The position numbers were made by a program, and so were the translations under genes. Shown in pieces: positions 10,047 to 19,410 of a stretch of DNA of 64,000 bases (positions are counted from its first letter, which is position 1; the number at the start of each line of letters is the position of its first letter). Origin of the DNA: an uncultured virus (IMG/VR IMGVR_UViG_3300020413_000007) (Duplodnaviria; Heunggongvirae; Uroviricota; Caudoviricetes). The stretch lies in IMG/VR virus record IMGVR_UViG_3300020413_000007, one strand, 5' to 3'. A model generated the notes under the pieces. That model ran no database searches, was not told the origin of the DNA, and was given only the letters and a program-made list of their open reading frames with translations.

Positions 10047-11354
10047 ATGTCCACATTAAAAGTAGATTACATTAAGAATCGAGTAGGATCTGGCGCTGTT
10101 GAATTGTCAGAAGGCGCCACGATTCCGACTGGAAAAAATTTGACTGTCGGCGGCAATTTAACAGTTCAAGGAACAACGACAACAATATCCACAACTAACA
10201 CAGTTATAACTGACAAAATAATAGAATTAGGAAACGGTACTTCTGGTACACCATCAGGTGATGCTGGAATTGTAGTAGAAAGAGGTAGTAGTGATAATGC
10301 TGGTGTAATATGGGATGAAAGCACAGATAAATGGAAGTTTGCAACTGGAAGTTTTACAGGTGCATCAACTGGTGATTTAAGTTTAACTAATGTTGGGATT
10401 GTTGCTGGTGTCTCCTCATTTGGTTCTGTAACAAGTACTGGTGCAGTAGTAGCAGATACTACACTTACAGTCGCATCGGATACTACTCTCGGTATTACTG
10501 CAGCTACTGCTTCACTTTTTGCCGATACAAGTGCCCAACAAGTACAACTTGGTACTTCTGGTGCTTTAACAGGTGGAGATGGATCTAATGCACAACCTAC
10601 AAAATGTAGATTAGCAGTTATTGCTTCTGGTGCTGGATATAGCTCTGCTCCTTATCTGACAATGTTATTGGGTGCTGATAGCGGTAATGGAAATCAATAT
10701 GGTTTAACAAACAATACTTCTAAAGAAGCAAGACTTGGATTCGTTCCTTATGCCAATGTTGAAAGACCAACAAATTTTTTATTTTACAGTAACAATGGTT
10801 CAGATGCCTCATTAAGATTTGGTGCTGGTACTTCGTCAATGAATGCTCCAACACTTATTGACTTTACTGTTGCGAATGATATCACTACTGAAGATAGTAG
10901 TAATGTTTGTTTAAGATTAAGAGGAAAAGATAGTGGAGTTAGTAGTGCTGCAGCTTCTAGACTTGAACTTCTTGGTGGAATTTCTGAAGAACTTGCTGGT
11001 AATTTTAGTAGCAACCTTGGAGCTACACCTTCGTTTGATTGTTCTCAGTCTACATGTTTTTGTGGTATTGCTGATGTAAACATAACTCAAATCAATGTAA
11101 CTGGTGTTGACTCTTCTAATAATCGAGTTACAACACTTCAACTTTATCTTTCTTGTTCTGCTGCAAGAACTATTGCTGATTCAATTTCCATAAATGGTGC
11201 ATCTGCACAAGATCTTAGATGGTCTGGTAATAAAGCTGGTACTGGTAGTACTACAAGCATTACTACAACCAATTATATATCTGTTGTTACTATACTAATT
11301 GTAAAGGATGCTGCAGTATACAGAGCATTTGGATTTGCTACTCATAGTCATTAA
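10047..11354 (+). CDS. Tail fibre protein
   Basis: MSTLKVD N-terminus, GNLTVQGTTTTI..D..IEL; CTAAATA late promoter at 10020. Confidence 0.75.
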   Translation: MSTLKVDYIKNRVGSGAVELSEGATIPTGKNLTVGGNLTVQGTTTTISTTNTVITDKIIELGNGTSGTPSGDAGIVVERGSSDNAGVIWDESTDKWKFATGSFTGASTGDLSLTNVGIVAGVSSFGSVTSTGAVVADTTLTVASDTTLGITAATASLFADTSAQQVQLGTSGALTGGDGSNAQPTKCRLAVIASGAGYSSAPYLTMLLGADSGNGNQYGLTNNTSKEARLGFVPYANVERPTNFLFYSNNGSDASLRFGAGTSSMNAPTLIDFTVANDITTEDSSNVCLRLRGKDSGVSSAAASRLELLGGISEELAGNFSSNLGATPSFDCSQSTCFCGIADVNITQINVTGVDSSNNRVTTLQLYLSCSAARTIADSISINGASAQDLRWSGNKAGTGSTTSITTTNYISVVTILIVKDAAVYRAFGFATHSH

Positions 11355-11366
11355 AAGGATTTATTT

Positions 11367-12326
11367 ATGCCAGTTATTGGAACAGCAAAACACGCATATG
11401 CAGCTGCATCACCTATAGGATCTGAAAGTAATCCAATTACGTCCGATGCTGATATGTTAGCGTGGACACAGACTCAGACTGGAGGAAAAGAAGGCGGTGT
11501 AGTTTATATTCAAGAATCAACTGTCAATAGTGGTAATCCATATCAAGTTTATTGTGAATATAAAAACTCTAAGTGTCAAGCAATGGCTGCTGTATGGGCA
11601 TCCTCAGATGCTACAGCATCAAACTTCTCTGGCAACAGTAGTAACTATCAAAGATGGATTGTTGTAAATGATCCAAATGGTCTTGGTGATTGGGGTCAAG
11701 CAACTCATACATTTAATGATACTTATGATTTTTGGGGATATGCTAGTAATAATAAGTCAGCAAGAAGTCGAATATGGTTTGAGTTAGGAAAAAGTAATTC
11801 CTATTTTAAATTTATAGCTCATGCTCAAAATAATGATTTATTTTATACAATGAGAAACTCAAAAGCTTGGGGTCTAAGAATGAAAGGATCTGGTAATGGT
11901 GGAGATGGAACAAATAGTTACTTTAATAATGATGGTGGAGTACAAGCTGCAACTAACTCAATTACTTCTAATGTAGTTGCTGAAGGAGGAGGCACTGCTG
12001 TTTTTCAAGAATCCAAATGGAAAAACTTAGGTCTTGGTGTAACTGACGGAGAAGCAGCAAGTGCTAACACTCAAGACGTAATTATGCTTGTTGCAAACTC
12101 TACTGGAACTATTGGATCTGGTGAAGGTGGATTTGGTACTGCTGATGCATATACTGGTATTGGTGGTAAAAGATCACAGAATAATGGTCAGTTTCCAGCC
12201 TCATATACTTGGAATGGTACTAGTGGTGATTCAAAAGCTGGTAACATTCTAGATCCAACCAACCACAACGGAAATATAACTTTTGATACTGATGCAGCTA
12301 TTCTAATGTTCGTTGCTCCGTTCTAA
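11367..12326 (+). CDS. Putative fibre tip/receptor-binding protein
   Basis: GSESNPITS N-terminus, YQVYC; paralogous to the central part of 19411..22236. Confidence 0.6.
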   Translation: MPVIGTAKHAYAAASPIGSESNPITSDADMLAWTQTQTGGKEGGVVYIQESTVNSGNPYQVYCEYKNSKCQAMAAVWASSDATASNFSGNSSNYQRWIVVNDPNGLGDWGQATHTFNDTYDFWGYASNNKSARSRIWFELGKSNSYFKFIAHAQNNDLFYTMRNSKAWGLRMKGSGNGGDGTNSYFNNDGGVQAATNSITSNVVAEGGGTAVFQESKWKNLGLGVTDGEAASANTQDVIMLVANSTGTIGSGEGGFGTADAYTGIGGKRSQNNGQFPASYTWNGTSGDSKAGNILDPTNHNGNITFDTDAAILMFVAPF

Positions 12327-12349
12327 TAAATAATAAAAAAGGTTTTTAA

Positions 12350-13756
12350 ATGGCATACGTTGGAAGACAACCATTAGCAGGCGAAGTCATTGTCTTAGAT
12401 GATATTCAGAGCCAGTTTAATGGCGTGTTGACTTCTTTCGCCCTAACTCGTAATATCAATGGTACGACTAGTCCGTTCTTTCCTCATGTTTCAGAGCAAT
12501 TATTAGTTAATCTTGGTGGTGTAATTCAAGAACCTGATCGGACTGGTACGAGAGGATTTAATATCAATGCAAGTAATATAACTTTTGTATCGCCTCCACC
12601 AGCAAACACTGAATGTTTTATTATATCATATGGAAACATAACTGATTTAGTAGATTATAAATCTTTGGTTGCACCTTTTAAAAGTATTCCAATCAATGAT
12701 GCAATTTTCCATACAAATCCTGAGACTGTAACTTTAAATACAGGAATCGTTACATCATCAGCTGGTAATGATTTCTTTACATTTACTGAAGATGTAATTG
12801 TTACAGATGGTGAAACATCTGAAATAGGAGATGGAGAAAGTCTCACCATTAATATTTTGCCTGGCGCAGCAACAACATCTGGTGGTAGTGGTAGTTCTTA
12901 TGTTTTACCTACAGCAACTTCAAGTATTTTAGGTGGTATAAAAGTTGGTACTCATCTTTCAATGTCGAGTGGTCTTTTATCAGTCACCCCTGCAACAATT
13001 AGTTATAATGATTTAGCTAATCTTCCAGACCTATCTTTAAATAATAATTTTCTTATCGGTGGTGCATCAACTGGAAGTCTTTTAGTTCATAATGGATCTA
13101 AATTTGCCACGAATAATGGTGTTCAAATTAAATCTAATGCTCTTCATGTTGATGCTAATAGAGAATTTGCAATCTTTGAACAGGATACTTCTGCTGCATT
13201 TACAAATTCATCTAAAATTTCAATGGATTTTTCTAGTAATATTGCTAGAATAAGATCAAGTTGGAATGGATCAGGTTCAAATGCAGTTGGCAGACCTTTA
13301 ACATTTTATATTGGTGGTACTGAAGGATTTAGTTTGGGTGCATCAAGTACCACAACTCCAGAAATTGATTTGCAATATGGATTGGAATGGTGTAAAAATG
13401 CTTCTATAACTGCGACAGGAAGATTAGGATGGGAAACTAGTCCTGATTGTGTTTATGTTGGTGGTACGACCTCAGGCACAGGTTTGAAATTATATTCTGG
13501 TTCTGCTGCAAGAATATATGTAGATACAAGTGGGAATACAACTCCAATAGCTGATAACTCACAAGATCTTGGATCATCATCAAAAAGATGGGCAAATATC
13601 TTCTCTGCTGACCTTCAACTATCCAATGAAGGTAGTGTAAATGATGTAGATGGCACTTGGGGCAACTATACAATTCAAGAGGGAGAAACTGATTTATTCC
13701 TTCTAAATAGAAGAAGTGGTAAAAAGTACAAGTTTATGCTACAGGAGGTTTCATGA
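12350..13756 (+). CDS. Tail fibre protein
   Basis: MAYVGRQP..LDDI..FNG N-terminus; DLGSSSKRWANI..NDVDGTWG.YTIQEG..KKYKF C-terminus typical of cyanophage fibres; AATAAATA at 12325. Confidence 0.8.
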   Translation: MAYVGRQPLAGEVIVLDDIQSQFNGVLTSFALTRNINGTTSPFFPHVSEQLLVNLGGVIQEPDRTGTRGFNINASNITFVSPPPANTECFIISYGNITDLVDYKSLVAPFKSIPINDAIFHTNPETVTLNTGIVTSSAGNDFFTFTEDVIVTDGETSEIGDGESLTINILPGAATTSGGSGSSYVLPTATSSILGGIKVGTHLSMSSGLLSVTPATISYNDLANLPDLSLNNNFLIGGASTGSLLVHNGSKFATNNGVQIKSNALHVDANREFAIFEQDTSAAFTNSSKISMDFSSNIARIRSSWNGSGSNAVGRPLTFYIGGTEGFSLGASSTTTPEIDLQYGLEWCKNASITATGRLGWETSPDCVYVGGTTSGTGLKLYSGSAARIYVDTSGNTTPIADNSQDLGSSSKRWANIFSADLQLSNEGSVNDVDGTWGNYTIQEGETDLFLLNRRSGKKYKFMLQEVS

Positions 13757-16248
13757 GTATTCACGTTGGTGGTCTGAGCATTAATCAAACCTTAACTGGT
13801 ATTAGAAGTCAGTTTATTTACGATACCAAAACTGATTCTGATGGAGGAGCTTGGAGACATAAATGTCAACATACTTCATGGTATAATGAAACAGCAAGTG
13901 CAAATAGATCAAGTCGAAAAGAATTTCCAGAAGTTGCTTTACTTGTAACAAATCAATATAATTTTTATATCTATGATTTAGATAATGTAAAAGATGGAAC
14001 CACAGGTGAATTAGAAGTATGGATGAAGTTTGAGGGTGGTGACCAAAGTAAATTTTTATGGAATAATAATACAGCAAATTTATCTGTCTATGATGTTACT
14101 GCAAAAAATGGGTATATCGCTATTGCTGTTGGAAATACTGCTTCTGAAGCTTATACTGGATACTATTTTATGAATTTAGTGAGTGAGTATGGAGAGAGAA
14201 TGAGAAGTGTTACACTTTATAGAACTTGGAACGCTGGTCTTGCACAGCGAAATGTTGGTACGACTGTAGGATGGGGAGAGGGTTCATATGTTTTACCCAC
14301 AGCAAATTTAGGCAGTGCATCACTCGCTACTACTAATTGTACATCTGTACATATGTTTGCACACCGAGGAAATAATATAGATCCTGATACAGGAACTTTA
14401 GTTCCTTCAATTGCAATTGGTATGGGAAGACCAGAACAAGCAAATACCTCTGGAAATCCTGGCGGAATCTATATGATTATGGGAGATGGAAGGCGATATA
14501 ACAAAGTAATGGCTGGAAATTATTGTCCTTACGAAGGTTTATGTTTTAATGATTATGGAGATATCGTTCTTGTCAGAGATAATTATGATTATATGGTTAT
14601 TGAAGAAGCTGCAAGAAGTATAGCTAGTCAGAATCATCCTTCTGGATGGAGTTCAAAAGCATTTTATCGAGTAGATTCTGGTTCAAGATTTCCATATCCA
14701 ATGGTTAAAAGATATCAATCTAATGGAAATGTATTTGCACCAGCTGGTAACTTAAGTACAAAAGGAGTATGTGCTGTAGATAATGAAGTTATTTTGTGGA
14801 GTAATCAAACAGGTATAACGAAATGGTGGACTGAAAACCATTGGGGTGGTACTTATCATTTGGGATGCTATATTACAAGTACATTCAATACTGGATGGAT
14901 GTTTGGTAAATGTATAGGTATGCACTTGTGTAGTACAAATACAAATACTTTAGGTTCTACTGGAACACAATTAGCTACAAATCATACTTTTGCTAATAAT
15001 GTGAATGATTGGTATGGTGACTCAGGAGCATCTGTAACTCATAGTACAGATAATGGACAAGATGGTAGTAGTGGAATTGCAAGAGTAACAAATGGTGGTG
15101 GTGATAATACATTTGCTATTGCACAGGCAAATGTATTTACGCCTGAAGATCGTATAGGGCCAACTTTTATTGGTGGTGCTAGATATCGTGTTACATTTAG
15201 TGTTAAACCAACATTTACTGGAAGTTATACTTTGAGAGTTCGTGCTGGAGGAAGTTCGGTTCAAAAGAGTTGGACTTCTGGACTTACAAGTGGATCATGG
15301 TCGAGTCTTGATACAGGAATTATAACTGCCGATGGAACTATTTTAGAAATTGGTTCAGCGGGTGGTGGTATCACTGCTTTTGATATTGATAATATTGTTG
15401 TAACTCCAATGTCTGATACTGATAAAACTGTCAGTAATAGAGAATTATATTTAAGTGGTGCTACTGGAAGTATTACAAGAACTGCTGTTGAGACTGGAGC
15501 AGAACTTGTTGGTTGGGGTGGTTTTGCTACTACTCGTTATTTAAAAACTGATTATACTACATATTATAATTTTGGTGCGAAAATGACAGTGATGTTCTGG
15601 TATAGAGATTGGGCTGATAGTACATCTTTAATGCATCTTGGGCCTGCAACTACTAGAAATTCAAAGACAAGTTTTCATTTCTATAAAGATGGTGGTGGTG
15701 ATATAAGATGGACATTAAGTTCTAATGGTTCGACTGAACAAATCTTTGAGATAGAATTAACTGAAAATCCAGTAGGTTGGCATCATGTCTGTGCGACTTT
15801 AACTACATCTGGAGAAGTTTTCTTATTCCATGATGGAGTAGAAAGACCCAAGTCAAGTGATAGTGCTTCAAGTTTTACTGGTACAAATATATTCAGTCAA
15901 GCAACTGATCAAAATGGATTAAATGTAGGTGTTGGGGCTGTTGGTGGTGCATTTGGTGGAAAAATTGCATTACTTAAACTTAATGCAGAAAATTTATATC
16001 CAGGCGAAGTTCTAAAAATTTATACTGATGAATTAAAAATGTTCCAACCTAATGCAAAAATTACTCTTGATGGTACAGATTCAGAAATCAAATCAATGGC
16101 ATCTGATAAAGTAAGAAAAACATATATTGCTGGAACAGCAACTCATCGTAGTGAATTTCGTGGATTAACTAGAATAAATAGTGTCGATACAGGTGTAGCA
16201 ACGTTGAACACGTTAACTGCTTCTGACGGAATTGTAGCATTCGAGTAA
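13753..16248 (+). CDS. Virion protein with carbohydrate-binding/LamG-like domains
   Basis: YDT..DSDGGAWR N-terminus, CBM-like central region, LamG-like GWHHVC. Confidence 0.7.
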   Translation: MSIHVGGLSINQTLTGIRSQFIYDTKTDSDGGAWRHKCQHTSWYNETASANRSSRKEFPEVALLVTNQYNFYIYDLDNVKDGTTGELEVWMKFEGGDQSKFLWNNNTANLSVYDVTAKNGYIAIAVGNTASEAYTGYYFMNLVSEYGERMRSVTLYRTWNAGLAQRNVGTTVGWGEGSYVLPTANLGSASLATTNCTSVHMFAHRGNNIDPDTGTLVPSIAIGMGRPEQANTSGNPGGIYMIMGDGRRYNKVMAGNYCPYEGLCFNDYGDIVLVRDNYDYMVIEEAARSIASQNHPSGWSSKAFYRVDSGSRFPYPMVKRYQSNGNVFAPAGNLSTKGVCAVDNEVILWSNQTGITKWWTENHWGGTYHLGCYITSTFNTGWMFGKCIGMHLCSTNTNTLGSTGTQLATNHTFANNVNDWYGDSGASVTHSTDNGQDGSSGIARVTNGGGDNTFAIAQANVFTPEDRIGPTFIGGARYRVTFSVKPTFTGSYTLRVRAGGSSVQKSWTSGLTSGSWSSLDTGIITADGTILEIGSAGGGITAFDIDNIVVTPMSDTDKTVSNRELYLSGATGSITRTAVETGAELVGWGGFATTRYLKTDYTTYYNFGAKMTVMFWYRDWADSTSLMHLGPATTRNSKTSFHFYKDGGGDIRWTLSSNGSTEQIFEIELTENPVGWHHVCATLTTSGEVFLFHDGVERPKSSDSASSFTGTNIFSQATDQNGLNVGVGAVGGAFGGKIALLKLNAENLYPGEVLKIYTDELKMFQPNAKITLDGTDSEIKSMASDKVRKTYIAGTATHRSEFRGLTRINSVDTGVATLNTLTASDGIVAFE

Positions 16249-16249
16249 C

Positions 16250-16855
16250 ATGGGAATTAAAGTTTCATCTGACAATATAAGATTGCAAGAAAGATCAAGA
16301 TTAGATCATATTGCAACAAAACTTCTGCCTTCAAATTTTCCAGTAGGTAGTATTATACAAATTGCAACCTCACAAAGCACAGGTAATGCTGGATTTAATG
16401 GTAGTGCATTTACAGACTCTTGGCAAGCAATCGACATGACAGAATGTGAGATTAAACCAATGTGTTATGATAGTATTTTTCTTTATTTCAGTTCATTAGG
16501 TGTGGAATATGATGCTCCTAATAATGTAAATAACATATATCATTTTCTAAAAGCATATAGATGTATCAATCAACAACAGTATAGTACTGCTCAAAACGCT
16601 TATTATGCTATAGATGATAGTCGTCAACTTGGTCACGCAGGTACAGATTTAGGTGGAGCAACTGGTAAATTTAATTTCATGTTCGCTGATGCTATATCAT
16701 ATGCTCAGCCTGGTCAGAGTCTTAAATATAAAGTTTATTGTACAAATGAAAATGATACTAGTACAATTCATTACAATCAAGCTTTAACTATGGTTGATGG
16801 TAGTACTATGCCACTCACAACACAAAATTATATCATGGAGATTAAAAGATCATGA
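16250..16855 (+). CDS. Tail-fibre-associated protein
   Basis: P.GSIIQ..and C-terminal IMEI, typical fibre end domain. Confidence 0.6.
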   Translation: MGIKVSSDNIRLQERSRLDHIATKLLPSNFPVGSIIQIATSQSTGNAGFNGSAFTDSWQAIDMTECEIKPMCYDSIFLYFSSLGVEYDAPNNVNNIYHFLKAYRCINQQQYSTAQNAYYAIDDSRQLGHAGTDLGGATGKFNFMFADAISYAQPGQSLKYKVYCTNENDTSTIHYNQALTMVDGSTMPLTTQNYIMEIKRS

Positions 16856-17526
16856 AAACAAGTAGGGAAATTATTAAGGCGGCATATCTTTACGATCCAG
16901 ACTTGAAAGGTATTTCAGTATACAATGGTGAAATTACATTTTGGGATAGTAGTCTCGCTCAACCAACTGATGAGCAAATAGTACAATATATTGCTGAATA
17001 TAAGTATGATGAAGAAGTAAAAGCATATCAAAAACAAAGACAATCTGAATATCCTCAAATTGGTGAGCAGTTAGATAAAATATATCATGGTACTCTTGCA
17101 TCATGGAAAGCAGAAATTAAAACAATTAAGGATAAGTATCCAAAGGCAACAATGGATGCAACTGAACTACAAACAAGAAAAGATAAAGCAGTATTTGATT
17201 TGAGAAAAGAAAAATATGATGTGGCAGTAGCAAGACTTGCACAATATCAAGTTGCAGTTGGTCAATCAGAAGTGAAGGAAACTAAAGTAGTTGGAACTAA
17301 ACCAGTATTTAATGAGTCTACAGGTCAATGGGAACAACAGAATATAACAGAAGAACAAGTGACAACTATTGCTATCGCTCCTGTTGATGCTACAGTAGAT
17401 GTAGTACAAGGTGATGATACCACGCCAACAGCAATTGAGAATCCTTTAATCACAAAAGATAATCAAGAACGTGCGGCTGCACAGGCAATAGTGGATGCTA
17501 CACCACAAGCCGTAAAAGACGCATAA
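16852..17526 (+). CDS. Putative tail fibre assembly/chaperone-like protein
   Basis: Y...R..EYP.IGEQLD.IYH...WK..I..IKDKYPK motif. Confidence 0.6.
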   Translation: MKTSREIIKAAYLYDPDLKGISVYNGEITFWDSSLAQPTDEQIVQYIAEYKYDEEVKAYQKQRQSEYPQIGEQLDKIYHGTLASWKAEIKTIKDKYPKATMDATELQTRKDKAVFDLRKEKYDVAVARLAQYQVAVGQSEVKETKVVGTKPVFNESTGQWEQQNITEEQVTTIAIAPVDATVDVVQGDDTTPTAIENPLITKDNQERAAAQAIVDATPQAVKDA

Positions 17527-17547
17527 ATAACTAAAAAGTACCAGAGC

Positions 17548-19386
17548 ATGGCTGACAGATACCCGCTAGTTGTTAATCCAACAACCAATCAAATAACTGA
17601 GATACAGATAAATGACGATCTTCAGCTGGATGATACTGAGCTGACTACTTCAACTGGTGATCTCTTATTAAATCCTGCTGGAGAGATAAACTGCATGAAA
17701 TCTCTATCAAACAGCGGTGGAGATGTAATAATAAATGATTCATTAAAAGTAACAAGTCCTGTAGGAATACAAACAAATGCTGTCAGTACTAAATCATTAG
17801 CAATAGGCACAACATGGAATGGTGCTTCAACTGCATATCATGGGATTCAATTAAATATAACAAATACAGCTGCAGATGCAGCTAGTAGATTAGTAGAATT
17901 AAATGTTGGTGGTACAAAAGTATTTGATATAGACGTAAGTGGGGATACAGCTTGTAATGGAATAACTGCTGATGGTAATGCTCTTTTCAATGGTGATATA
18001 ACATTAAATGCTGATAATAAAAACTTTAAGATTCAATTAGATAATGGCACGGATAAGTTTACTGTTGCTTCTGCTACTGGTAATACTGCAATTGTTGGTA
18101 ATTTAGATGTAGATGGTAATACAACATTAGATCTTGTTACAATCGCTGAAACTTTAACTTTAAGTTCTGGATTAGATGCAAATAGTACTGCAAACTTTCA
18201 AGGTACTGTTACCTTCCAAAGTTCAATTGTACCATCTGGTTCTATAAGCCTTGGAACTAGTGCTGCACCTTGGGCATCAGCACATATTGGTAATATTACA
18301 ATAGCAAATGGTACAACTGGTACTGATGATGAGACAATCACAACTGTTAACTCAAAAGATCTTTACTTAACTTCTGCTACTGGTTTAGTTAAAATTACTG
18401 GTAAAATTGAAGCAACTTCTGCTGATCAGGATGGGAATTTTAGATTAATTTCAACTGATGCTGGAGCTGCAGCTGGACCTGATTTAGTTCTTTTTAGAAA
18501 TAGTGCTTCTCCAGCAGATGGCGATGACCTTGGATCTATTAGATTTACTGGTAATGATGATGCAAGCACAAGTGCTGAAACTTTATATGCTAGAATGTAT
18601 GCAGAAGCAGTTGATGTAAGTGATGGATCACCAGATGGTAAGATAATCTTTGATGTAATCTCTAATAATACTAATACCGAAGCAATGACCATTGATGGTA
18701 CTGGTGTTGAAATTTCAGGCAACTTAACTGTACAAGGTACAACAACAACCATTAATACAGCTACACTTAAAGTTGAAGATAATGTAATAGAATTAAGAAA
18801 AGGAAATAGTTTAGCAGCTGCTGATGGTGGTATACAAGTCAACTTAACTACAAATAGTTCTGGAGTGGTGCAAACTTCAAGAACATTAAAATGGAATAAT
18901 GATGCAGCAAAACAATATTGGCAAGTTACAGCTAAAGATGGAAACGATTATGCAATTTTAACTGAAGGTCTTCCAATCAAAGTTATATCAACGATTGAAG
19001 ATGTTGATTTAAATAGTGGTACAGCTGCAAGCGGTACAATTAACTATGATGTTAAAGGTAGAAACGTACATCATTTTGCTCAAGCTGATGCAACTGCTGA
19101 CTTTACATTAAATGTAAGAGAAGATTCAACTACAAATTTCTCTAATCATATTGCTGGAGGTGAAGCAGTAACAATAAGTTTCGTCTATCGAAATGGTGCT
19201 ACTGCCAGAAAGTTAGTTGCACTTACAATTGATAGTGTTGCTCAGACAGTTCGATATGCAAATGCTACAACTCCAACACCTCCAGCAAACCAAAGATTTA
19301 TATATACTTTTACTATCTTTAGACTTCCTGATAGTGGTGGTAATCCTGTTTACGATGTATATGGTACTGGTACTGCATACGCCTAA
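17548..19386 (+). CDS. Tail fibre protein
   Basis: MADRYPL start, RNSASPAD.D.LG.I.F.G, GNLTVQGTTTTI; ATAAATA at 17523. Confidence 0.8.
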   Translation: MADRYPLVVNPTTNQITEIQINDDLQLDDTELTTSTGDLLLNPAGEINCMKSLSNSGGDVIINDSLKVTSPVGIQTNAVSTKSLAIGTTWNGASTAYHGIQLNITNTAADAASRLVELNVGGTKVFDIDVSGDTACNGITADGNALFNGDITLNADNKNFKIQLDNGTDKFTVASATGNTAIVGNLDVDGNTTLDLVTIAETLTLSSGLDANSTANFQGTVTFQSSIVPSGSISLGTSAAPWASAHIGNITIANGTTGTDDETITTVNSKDLYLTSATGLVKITGKIEATSADQDGNFRLISTDAGAAAGPDLVLFRNSASPADGDDLGSIRFTGNDDASTSAETLYARMYAEAVDVSDGSPDGKIIFDVISNNTNTEAMTIDGTGVEISGNLTVQGTTTTINTATLKVEDNVIELRKGNSLAAADGGIQVNLTTNSSGVVQTSRTLKWNNDAAKQYWQVTAKDGNDYAILTEGLPIKVISTIEDVDLNSGTAASGTINYDVKGRNVHHFAQADATADFTLNVREDSTTNFSNHIAGGEAVTISFVYRNGATARKLVALTIDSVAQTVRYANATTPTPPANQRFIYTFTIFRLPDSGGNPVYDVYGTGTAYA

Positions 19387-19410
19387 ATTATTATAACGGA
19401 GATTATGTAG